A stretch of 32,000 bases of DNA. Origin: Candidatus Saccharimonadota bacterium (GTDB taxonomy: Bacteria; Patescibacteriota; Gracilibacteria; UBA4473). Positions 16,222 to 23,832 of the stretch are shown in pieces (position 1 is the stretch's first letter; each line of letters starts with the position of its first letter). The stretch spans positions 1 to 32,000 of the forward strand of contig OZ245819.1 of the NCBI GenBank assembly GCA_965228485.1, given 5' to 3'. A program made the position numbers and the translations under genes. Below the pieces are notes generated by a model. It was not told the origin of the DNA and did not search any database. It saw only the letters and a program-made list of their open reading frames with translations.

Positions 16222-17775
16222 CTAATCCACCGTTGTCTCACTTCGCCTAAAGACTCTAAAAATTCTTTGGAAAAGTCCAAATTCGGATTTTGATTTTGGT
16301 TCTCTAAGACAGGTCATTACCACAATGAGTGGAATGAATAGAGAAATTAAAATGGCACTCCAGAGAAGCATTCCGAGTTCAGAGTAGTCTTGAGGGGTGA
16401 GAACGTCTCCAGCTTCATTTTTGGTTTCTCGGGTAACGACAAAAATTTGATTTAAGTATTTAGTAAAAATCGAACCGGCACTTAGTGCTAGATTCATAAA
16501 ACTAGCTGATACGGCAAACCAGGTGGCCCTTGAGCCTGCTGGAGCATAATAGGCAATCAGGGCGAGCATCGGGATCATTGAGATGTGAAGGAGGGGGCTT
16601 TCAACGACGGTATCGAAGAGTGCAATCGCCCGAGCAGAAACTCCGAGTGATTCATGAAGCCCATAATAAAGCGCCAGGTTTGGAAGATCAAAGAGAGCTC
16701 CAATAACGATTAAAAGCAATAGTACTGTTTTCACAGGTTTACTCGCAATGTAATCGGCAATCAACCAGAGAATTACGAGGGCCGTAATAGAACTAATCTG
16801 TTTGAGAACACCAAAGAAGGCTTCATCGAATCCAAGAATATCAATAGCCCACCAATTGTATCCTGGTCCGACACTCGGTGTAGCTCTAAAAACAAAGAGG
16901 GCAGTGAAGGTTAGAACAATAGCCTGAATGATTTTTTTATCTTGGTTTTTTAGAAGGGTGAAGAGCATGTAGGAGAGGAGGCAGAAAGAAACTCCTAGTA
17001 CAATTTCTTGGGAATAGCTTACCTGACTAAACGCCATAAAGACGGTGAAAACGGCAAAAGCAATTCCGCCTCCAAGAATGTTTAGATCGAAGTGGGATTT
17101 TTCTTTTGGGGTATCGAGTTTTACCAGTGTGGCTCCGATGATAGAAATAACGGGAATAACAAGGGCTATGAGAAAGACCGTTTCATAATTGAATTTGCTC
17201 GCTAAAAATCCGCCAATTCCAGAGACACAAACGAGGGCTATCATGAGGCTTAATCGTCCGAGTATTTGTATGAGAGCGAGTTCTTTTTTGATATCTTCTT
17301 CAGATTGATTTCGGTCAATGATTTCTGTACTCATAGCATCGGCGGTAACATCTTGGATCAAGAATCCCATTACCATTACAAGATTGGAGGCTAGGTACAT
17401 GGTGAATTGTCCCCCCATCCAGGTAATAAATGGATGGCTTGTTGCCATTCCATAGAGCATTAGATACCCAAGAGCCATGAGAAGTGCTCCAAAGTAGACG
17501 TAAGCTTTTCTTTTTGAGCCAGCGATTGGGACGACATCGACGAACTGTCCGAAGATCATTTTAATCGTCCATGGGAGGCTCACCCAAACCGAGACCGAGA
17601 GTAGTTGTTCGGCACTTAAAGTAAGATTTTCTTTTTCCCAAAAAGTAAGTGCAATTGCGGTTAGCCCTTGTGTTCCATAGGCAAAGTAAATCAGGAGTAG
17701 AGGAATGTATCTTTTCTTGATGGCTTTGAGGGGAGTCAAAAAAGCTTTGTCCAGTTTTAAACAGATCCATTTCAT
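16222..17775 (-). CDS. Polytopic membrane transporter, folate-biopterin transporter (BT1)/MFS-like
   Basis: 517 aa with about 12 hydrophobic segments. The N-terminal pattern LLLIYFAYGTQGLTAIALTFW...LPWTIKMIFGQFVDVVPIAGSKRKAYVYFG resembles the BT1 family. Confidence 0.65.
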   Translation of the reverse strand: MKWICLKLDKAFLTPLKAIKKRYIPLLLIYFAYGTQGLTAIALTFWEKENLTLSAEQLLSVSVWVSLPWTIKMIFGQFVDVVPIAGSKRKAYVYFGALLMALGYLMLYGMATSHPFITWMGGQFTMYLASNLVMVMGFLIQDVTADAMSTEIIDRNQSEEDIKKELALIQILGRLSLMIALVCVSGIGGFLASKFNYETVFLIALVIPVISIIGATLVKLDTPKEKSHFDLNILGGGIAFAVFTVFMAFSQVSYSQEIVLGVSFCLLSYMLFTLLKNQDKKIIQAIVLTFTALFVFRATPSVGPGYNWWAIDILGFDEAFFGVLKQISSITALVILWLIADYIASKPVKTVLLLLIVIGALFDLPNLALYYGLHESLGVSARAIALFDTVVESPLLHISMIPMLALIAYYAPAGSRATWFAVSASFMNLALSAGSIFTKYLNQIFVVTRETKNEAGDVLTPQDYSELGMLLWSAILISLFIPLIVVMTCLREPKSKSEFGLFQRIFRVFRRSETTVD

Positions 17776-17797
17776 GGTTTATTTCTGATTATTTTTA

Positions 17798-17806
17798 TGG
17801 TATAAT
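17798..17806 (+). promoter_or_regulatory. Extended -10 promoter element TGGTATAAT
   Basis: TGGTATAAT lies 31 nt upstream of ATG 17837. The identical 9-mer occurs on the minus strand at 25899-25907, upstream of the M23 peptidase gene. Confidence 0.45.
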
Positions 17807-17836
17807 CACATGATAATTTTTTTGTAAAAAAAGTTA

Positions 17837-19210
17837 ATGTCAAAATTTAGACAATGGTATCAAGAACGAGAAATTATTGGGAGATTTATTTTTAAATTAC
17901 CAGAATCTGCGAGTACGGAAGTGATTGTCAGTGCTGAAGATGTAGAGAGACCTGATCCTTTAGACAAATCAAAAATAGAATTAGGATTGGCTGAGCTTAC
18001 TGAGAAAACTGAAACTGGACCGAATGAGCCGGTTCAACAAAGAGTTTTGGCAGAAGCAACAGATGATGAGCGAGCAGTTTTGTCTGACGGAGAATCAAGA
18101 GTGACAGATGTGTTGCCTAAGTCTGGAGAGGTTTCCCTGACAGAGCTTCCAAAAGTTCTTCAGGATAGAGGTATAAAAATAGAAAATAATCATATTATTT
18201 TCCCAGGAGGAGGGGCTTTGTATGCTCCAGAAAATTCTAGATATGAGTTTACCTTAAATGAAGATGGTAGTTATAGAGTGAGGACAAAGTTTGAGTCTAA
18301 AGATGATGAAAAGGCTTTTGATGATGAATTAGAGTCACGAGGGATAGATATAAAGGCCGCCGTGGAAGATCATCGATCCAGTAATTTAGCAATTGATCCT
18401 AATACTAATTCTGTAAGGATTACAAATGGAGAAGGGAAGGTGATTTTTACTTCTTCTTTGGAAGAGTTTAGTTCAGAAAAAATGATAGATGCCTTGTTTT
18501 TTAAGGAAGGTAAATATTCGATTCCTCCTAACTCTGGAGTGCGTGAGCTGTTTTCTGGGACAGGGGTAAATCTTGATATGCCTCAAGATTTTCTTCAATC
18601 AGTTGTTGATAGGAATATGATGCCAGAAAATGTTTTGGGCGAGGCTGAAGAAGGCGGTGTTATTCATTTGGCTACGGATGAAATGAATCAAGAGAATGAG
18701 GAATTTCTTTTTAATACTTATCTAGATAATTATTTTCCAGGTTCAAAAATGGGGTCGTTGGATACTACCATGGCTAACGAATTAGCGCATAGATTTTTAT
18801 TGGAAAAAGGATTGGATTTTTCAGATGCGGAGAATCGATTTAGGGATTTAAATTTTGAAGCTTCATCTTTTATTAAGACAAATATAGAAGCTCATGAATT
18901 TATTTCCGATGCGGCTAGTATTGCTACTAACTCTCGTGATTTTTTTAGAGTCTTAGAAAATTACTCGTCGGAAGGATATGGTGCTACAGCGGATTTTGCT
19001 CGTCATAAAGTGATTGAAATTATGGGGAGAAGAGATCCTAACTTCGATTATAATCGAGATTTTCAATCTTTATTGCTGCCAGCAGAGCATACTCCATATG
19101 ATAGAGCCAAAATATTGGGAGAAGCTGGATTTACTCCTGCTGATTTAGAAGAGGTAAAAAATGCGTATTTGCTCTCTGCTCAAGAGATGATTGATCACTT
19201 AGGGAAATAG
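17837..19210 (+). CDS. Hypothetical cytoplasmic protein (orphan)
   Basis: 457-aa ORF, acidic, with no signal peptide and no motif I can assign. It contains MANELAHRF, which is not a full HExxH. Confidence 0.65.
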   Translation: MSKFRQWYQEREIIGRFIFKLPESASTEVIVSAEDVERPDPLDKSKIELGLAELTEKTETGPNEPVQQRVLAEATDDERAVLSDGESRVTDVLPKSGEVSLTELPKVLQDRGIKIENNHIIFPGGGALYAPENSRYEFTLNEDGSYRVRTKFESKDDEKAFDDELESRGIDIKAAVEDHRSSNLAIDPNTNSVRITNGEGKVIFTSSLEEFSSEKMIDALFFKEGKYSIPPNSGVRELFSGTGVNLDMPQDFLQSVVDRNMMPENVLGEAEEGGVIHLATDEMNQENEEFLFNTYLDNYFPGSKMGSLDTTMANELAHRFLLEKGLDFSDAENRFRDLNFEASSFIKTNIEAHEFISDAASIATNSRDFFRVLENYSSEGYGATADFARHKVIEIMGRRDPNFDYNRDFQSLLLPAEHTPYDRAKILGEAGFTPADLEEVKNAYLLSAQEMIDHLGK

Positions 19211-19265
19211 GTTTTGGTTTTTTTAAAGGGATTAATATGATGCTTTAGATATTAGTTTTTTGTTT

Positions 19266-19829
19266 ATGAAATATTTTTTGGGATTGTTATCATTGTTTTT
19301 GTTAATCGGATGCGTAGAGAGTGAATGGGATTCTATAGAGGATTACAAATTGAATAAAAATACTGAACAAGAACAAAATAATAGTTCTAATAATATTTGG
19401 TCTGATCAGGCTTTTTCCGATCGTTGTGGTTGGTTTGATTTAGAGCGTACCGTTGATGGGGATACGATTATTGTGCGAGATGGTCAGGTGAGGATTCGGG
19501 TAAGGATGATTGGTATTGATACTCCCGAAAGTAAGAAAGAGGGAACCGCTATTGAGGACTATGCTTTAGAAGCTGGGGATAAACTTACTGAGTTTTTAAG
19601 TGGGGAGAAAGAGGTATGTTTGATTGATGATGAAGTTGGAGATAAATATGATGTTTATGGTCGTAAGCTGGCGTATGTTTTTACTTCAGAAGGTTTAGAT
19701 CTGAATGCTGAAATGCTCAAAGTAGGATTGGCTCGAGGGTATTTTAGTTTTCCCTTTGAACGAAAACAGGAATTTAAAGGATATGAATATGAGGCTAGAG
19801 AAGCAAATCTTGGTCTCTGGGAAAACTAA
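19266..19829 (+). CDS. Thermonuclease (staphylococcal nuclease, SNase family) lipoprotein
   Basis: MKYFLGLLSLFLLIGCVES has a lipobox. SNase core: VDGDTIIVRDG..VRIRVRMIGIDTPES...YGRKLAYVF...LNAEMLKVGLAR. The ORF-track start at 19260 is TTG. Confidence 0.85.
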   Translation: MKYFLGLLSLFLLIGCVESEWDSIEDYKLNKNTEQEQNNSSNNIWSDQAFSDRCGWFDLERTVDGDTIIVRDGQVRIRVRMIGIDTPESKKEGTAIEDYALEAGDKLTEFLSGEKEVCLIDDEVGDKYDVYGRKLAYVFTSEGLDLNAEMLKVGLARGYFSFPFERKQEFKGYEYEAREANLGLWEN

Positions 19830-19876
19830 AAAAAGAGTTTGGTATTCAAGAATCAGATAAATAAAATCGTGGCAAC

Positions 19877-20554
19877 ATGTTTATAAATTCATTGGAAGCG
19901 ATTTTGTTTGATTTTGATGGTACTCTGGCGAGAACTGAAGACGTAAAATTAGACGCTCTAAAATCTTTTATGACCAATAAAGGAGTAGAAGAATTTAAGA
20001 GGGAGCCAGGAGATTCTAGCTCTCAGATTATTCGAGATACCTTTGCTCATTCTCATTCAGTAGAAGAGCGGGAAGTTTTGGCCAAAGAATTTGGAGCTTA
20101 TCAAGCAGAATTTATGGATAGTTCAATAGAAGCTGAAGAAGTGCTCTATGAAGACACCATGAGAATGCTTTCTCAAGTGCATGATCACGGGGTGAAAAAA
20201 ACAATTGTTACAACGTCTAATAGATTAGTTATTCGGGCGATGGGGAATAAATCAGGGATTCTTGAGATGTTTGAAGAGGAAATCGTGGTGACCAAGGATG
20301 ATGTTCCAGCGGGGAAAGAAAAACCAAATCCAGATCCATATTTATTGGCTTGTGAGCGGTTGGGGGTCAATCCAGAAAAATGTCTGGCGATTGAAGATTC
20401 TTCAACGGGAATAAATTCAGCATTGAATGCCGGGTGTCATGTGGTGATTCTGAATCGAGAGGATAAAGATTTTTCCCGATTTCAAGGTCAAGCAATTCTC
20501 GAAGCTACTGATTTGGATGAAATCTGGGAATTTCTTCAGCATCAATCAGCGTAG
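19877..20554 (+). CDS. HAD-IA family hydrolase (beta-phosphoglucomutase/phosphatase-like)
   Basis: Motif I AILFDFDGTLA, motif II VTTSN, and motifs III/IV KEKPNPDPYL ... AIEDSSTGINSALNAG. Confidence 0.85.
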   Translation: MFINSLEAILFDFDGTLARTEDVKLDALKSFMTNKGVEEFKREPGDSSSQIIRDTFAHSHSVEEREVLAKEFGAYQAEFMDSSIEAEEVLYEDTMRMLSQVHDHGVKKTIVTTSNRLVIRAMGNKSGILEMFEEEIVVTKDDVPAGKEKPNPDPYLLACERLGVNPEKCLAIEDSSTGINSALNAGCHVVILNREDKDFSRFQGQAILEATDLDEIWEFLQHQSA

Positions 20555-21545
20555 CAATCTGTTTGAGCACCGCGATTATATGTCGATTGTAGGCATCAAT
20601 GATAGCCCTATGTCTTTCGTGAGTAGCATCATCGGTATCTTTTTGGTTTGGATAAACATCTGCTTGTTCTTCAACGATATCGATAAAGTGATTTGGTAGG
20701 TGTTCGTATCCCGGGTTGGCGAAAAAATGTACGAGTGCTTCAAATAAACATCGGTTTAATTCGTGAGGATCGAGGATAATATCAGCATCTCGATTATCAA
20801 GTTCTATGTATCCTGGAAGAAGTATTTTGTTGAATTGTAAAAATTCTCGAAAAGCATATTCTGGGTCTTTCTGTCTGTCTGGTTTTTCAACGCCTCTTTT
20901 TACCGTATTGAGGAGTGCTACGGCAGGATCGGTATAAACAACCATATTAATAGCACCAACGGTTTGTTGCTCAACTTCTTCTGGTATGGACTCAAGAGCT
21001 AATTCAGCAGCCGCTTTGGCAACGGTTCCTTCAGCGAGTAGGATTTGAGGACCCGCTTGTTGTCTCTTGACCGTAAGTTGTCCTGTGTGTCTTCCGTGGT
21101 TGGCGGAATCATAAGCATTTCTTGTTTCGTAGGTATCGTTTGCAACAAGGGCTCTTAAAGTTTTAACTAGCTCTTGAACTCTAAAAAATTGTGCTCGGAC
21201 ACTTTCGACAGAACCTTCTTGTAGGAAATCGAGTTTTTCTTGTCCTCGTTCTACGGACATAAGGTAATCTAGAGCCAGGATTTCTGATGGATTTCCATTG
21301 AGAGAAACTTCAGCTAATGGACTTCCTTTCGCTTTTAAGGCGGGTTGAAGATGTGTGCTGAGTGTTGACTTACATCCACCACAAAGACCCGAGATGGTAA
21401 TAAGAGAAACTTCTGATGGTTGGCCGTCGAGTTTTTGCCAGATTTTTTCTAGGGCTTCTTCTTCACTTCCGACAATATTTTCTTGGTCTCTCGATAACTC
21501 TAATTCTTCTGGTACGTCTGCAATTGAAAGTCTATGTACTGACAT
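20505..21545 (-). CDS. P-loop kinase-like protein (phosphoribulokinase/uridine kinase family-like) with an atypical Cys-containing Walker A
   Basis: 346 aa. ITISGLCGGCKSTLSTHL (nt 21363-21389), ILLAEGTVA, and VVYTDPAVALLNTVKRGVE resemble the PRK/Udk layout. There is a long C-terminal extension. The 3' end overlaps the HAD gene by 50 nt. Confidence 0.55.
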   Translation of the reverse strand: MSVHRLSIADVPEELELSRDQENIVGSEEEALEKIWQKLDGQPSEVSLITISGLCGGCKSTLSTHLQPALKAKGSPLAEVSLNGNPSEILALDYLMSVERGQEKLDFLQEGSVESVRAQFFRVQELVKTLRALVANDTYETRNAYDSANHGRHTGQLTVKRQQAGPQILLAEGTVAKAAAELALESIPEEVEQQTVGAINMVVYTDPAVALLNTVKRGVEKPDRQKDPEYAFREFLQFNKILLPGYIELDNRDADIILDPHELNRCLFEALVHFFANPGYEHLPNHFIDIVEEQADVYPNQKDTDDATHERHRAIIDAYNRHIIAVLKQIATLIDAEEIPRFHPNQ

Positions 21546-21704
21546 GGCTGAACTCTATTTAGATTGATGTGTTCGTCAAAAAAATTTTACTATTTAAGTT
21601 TAAAATTATGTTTTTTCCTATGGTTTTTTATTTTTTTATAAAAATATTTTACTTTTTAGTTTATATTTATAAAAAGAGTAAAATTTAATAATCTTTTTTA
21701 TACA

Positions 21705-21938
21705 ATGGTACGATTTGATCAATTGCCTGGAGATAGGCAAAGTGCTCTTGAGGCAGAAGGAATTGGTGAAGCGCGTTATTATGAAATTCAGAAAATGAGT
21801 ATGACGGCTGCAGAGCGTGTTGCCGCTTTGGAAAAAGGAAACGTAGCAGCCGTTGTTCCAGAGGTTGACTCTGATTCAGCAGATGGTCCAGAAGGATGGA
21901 CATCTATTGGAGCTGGAGATAGAAATTACGAAGTTTAA
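21705..21938 (+). CDS. Small hypothetical protein (77 aa, Ala/Glu/Gly-rich)
   Basis: An ORF followed by a strong terminator. Its composition differs from that of neighbouring genes. Confidence 0.5.
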   Translation: MVRFDQLPGDRQSALEAEGIGEARYYEIQKMSMTAAERVAALEKGNVAAVVPEVDSDSADGPEGWTSIGAGDRNYEV

Positions 21939-21950
21939 GGCTTCAAAAAA

Positions 21951-21977
21951 GAAAAGCGCCATTCGGCGCTTTTTTTA
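21951..21977. terminator. Bidirectional rho-independent terminator
   Basis: GAAA-AGCGCC (21955-21960), loop ATTC, GGCGCT (21965-21970), then T7. It sits between convergent genes. Confidence 0.75.
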
Positions 21978-22000
21978 ATTCTTAAATTTTAACGGTATCG

Positions 22001-22306
22001 TTAAGAAGACTTTGAGAGAACCGCTCTTATCCTTTCAAAAATTGCTGGTACAGAAAAGCTTCTTCCAGAAACCTCAGGAGGACTTACTTCATCTGGTTTG
22101 ATGCCCGCCTGCATAAGATTTGAGAGAATATCTTTTTCTTGGTCTTCGGTGAGCTTATTCCAGAATCTTCTCGTGAACCTTCCGTCTTCATCGATGATTT
22201 TTTCTAAATCTTTTCCTTCCAGAGTGTCTCTTAGGGCTTTAACGTAAGGAATAGTTGAGATAAGTATTTCCATGACTCGTCCTCGCTGCGTTTTTTCTGT
22301 CTCCAT
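22001..22306 (-). CDS. Hypothetical protein (101 aa), last gene of the M23-SLH operon
   Basis: ORF separated by 2 nt from the upstream gene. No recognisable motif. Confidence 0.6.
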   Translation of the reverse strand: METEKTQRGRVMEILISTIPYVKALRDTLEGKDLEKIIDEDGRFTRRFWNKLTEDQEKDILSNLMQAGIKPDEVSPPEVSGRSFSVPAIFERIRAVLSKSS

Positions 22307-22308
22307 GA

Positions 22309-23187
22309 TTAGTCTTTGTTAGTTTCAAAAGGTAAATTTTTTTCCCACTGTTTATAGAGCGGAGTTTCTTCTATTGGGGTGTTCCAGAATTTATCGTCAA
22401 AGGTATCTTTTTTACTTTTTTGTCTTCCTCGTGAAGATATAAAGATAAGTAGTCCTCCAAGTAGAAAGAGTACTATAGGGAAGGCATTAATGAGCCATTT
22501 TTGAGAAATGGCTTTTACTTGCGCGGTATCTTTTTTCTGAAGACTTTCCCAGAGAGAGGGAAGGCTGCTTGAGAGCTCATGGGCTTGGTAGTTTTCTAAA
22601 TCGATTGGGAAGTTGGCCATGAAGGCTTCATCCCCATATTCGGCTTCAATAGCCATTCGGGTTCTCATTGGACGATCAAATTTTCCAATGAAGTAGGCTG
22701 ATTTATCATTGAGATAAGGAATGTTATCTGGAATGACTTCCGATACGTTGCCTCCAAATTGTGCATTTATATTTTGTAGGTAGATAGGTCCCAGAAAATT
22801 AACCGTGAATTCGGTGAAACTCTCCATAATATCCACATTGGGAGCGGGTTGGAACTGAGTAAATCCTTCTATAGAGTCTCCTCCTAGAACGATAAGTCTA
22901 AATTCTTCTCTGAAGAGATATTCTCGACTTTCTTCTGGGGTAAGGACTTTTGCCCCGAGGTTTTCAAGCTCTTTAACGAGAGTTTTAAATCTTCTTTTCT
23001 CTGAATTATTACTAAAATTTGTAATGAATACATCTTCGATGTGTTTTGGGCTTAGGTCCTTTCCAGGGAAAATCCGAACAGCGAAAAATCCTGGACTACT
23101 TTCGGTTCGAATGACTTCATACTCTAGCGTTTGGGCTAGAGTTTGAAGGGGTAAAAGTAAGAAGAGGATAAATGATGTAAGTCTCAT
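22309..23187 (-). CDS. Secreted protein with a C-terminal TM anchor, hypothetical
   Basis: Signal peptide MRLTSFILFLLLPLQTLAQ. TM segment WLINAFPIVLFLLGGLLIFISS near the C-terminus, followed by a basic tail. Confidence 0.7.
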   Translation of the reverse strand: MRLTSFILFLLLPLQTLAQTLEYEVIRTESSPGFFAVRIFPGKDLSPKHIEDVFITNFSNNSEKRRFKTLVKELENLGAKVLTPEESREYLFREEFRLIVLGGDSIEGFTQFQPAPNVDIMESFTEFTVNFLGPIYLQNINAQFGGNVSEVIPDNIPYLNDKSAYFIGKFDRPMRTRMAIEAEYGDEAFMANFPIDLENYQAHELSSSLPSLWESLQKKDTAQVKAISQKWLINAFPIVLFLLGGLLIFISSRGRQKSKKDTFDDKFWNTPIEETPLYKQWEKNLPFETNKD

Positions 23188-23232
23188 CTATCCTCTTTTT
23201 AACAATATTTGCTTTTTTTTCAAATTATTTTT

Positions 23233-23829
23233 TTATAAATTTAATTTATGTACTTTACTGGTTTGTCCTGCGGCGGCTAAAATAGCATTTATTCTCCCAA
23301 CATTACTGATCCCTTCATAGAGTACTAGGTAGGTTCTGACTTGGGCTAATCCGTCATTTGGAGTGTGAGATTCGGGAAGTTGTTCACCGTCTTTTAGGTA
23401 GCCTCCAGGAATTACTAATTGAGCTTCCATATTTTTCAGTTCTTCAATTGTAAACATATCCATAAATACTGGAGAGTATTTTCCTGGAGTGTGTTTCCTT
23501 TCGAACATTACAATTTTAGCTCCTCTGGCTTCTAGTTTGTCGATGGTCATTCTGTCATCTCGGTATTCGAAACTGTCAATCCCATTCACTTTAAGAAATT
23601 CTCTGAAATTAAGTGAAATTTCTGTATCAGCTTCTACTGGGAGGTTCTCACTCTCTGTCTGAATGTTATTTTCATCCGTGGTAATGTGAAAAGCACCTAT
23701 AGCATGTCCATGGCGACTGGCTTGCCATCTTTCTCTATCGGCTAGAGCAAATTCCTGTGGTAAATTGGATACTGGGATTGTGGTGATTTCACCTCTTTCA
23801 CAATCCGATCGCAGTGTTAAAGAAGTCAT
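23233..23829 (-). CDS. Hypothetical cytoplasmic protein (198 aa)
   Basis: ORF starting 3 nt after the M23 gene stop. No recognisable motif. Confidence 0.65.
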   Translation of the reverse strand: MTSLTLRSDCERGEITTIPVSNLPQEFALADRERWQASRHGHAIGAFHITTDENNIQTESENLPVEADTEISLNFREFLKVNGIDSFEYRDDRMTIDKLEARGAKIVMFERKHTPGKYSPVFMDMFTIEELKNMEAQLVIPGGYLKDGEQLPESHTPNDGLAQVRTYLVLYEGISNVGRINAILAAAGQTSKVHKLNL

Positions 23830-23832
23830 AGT

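Noticed and set aside
21608-21691. 27-codon Phe/Ile/Tyr/Lys micro-ORF in the AT-rich intergenic region
   Set aside because: This composition is what random AT-rich DNA encodes, and there is no supporting signal.
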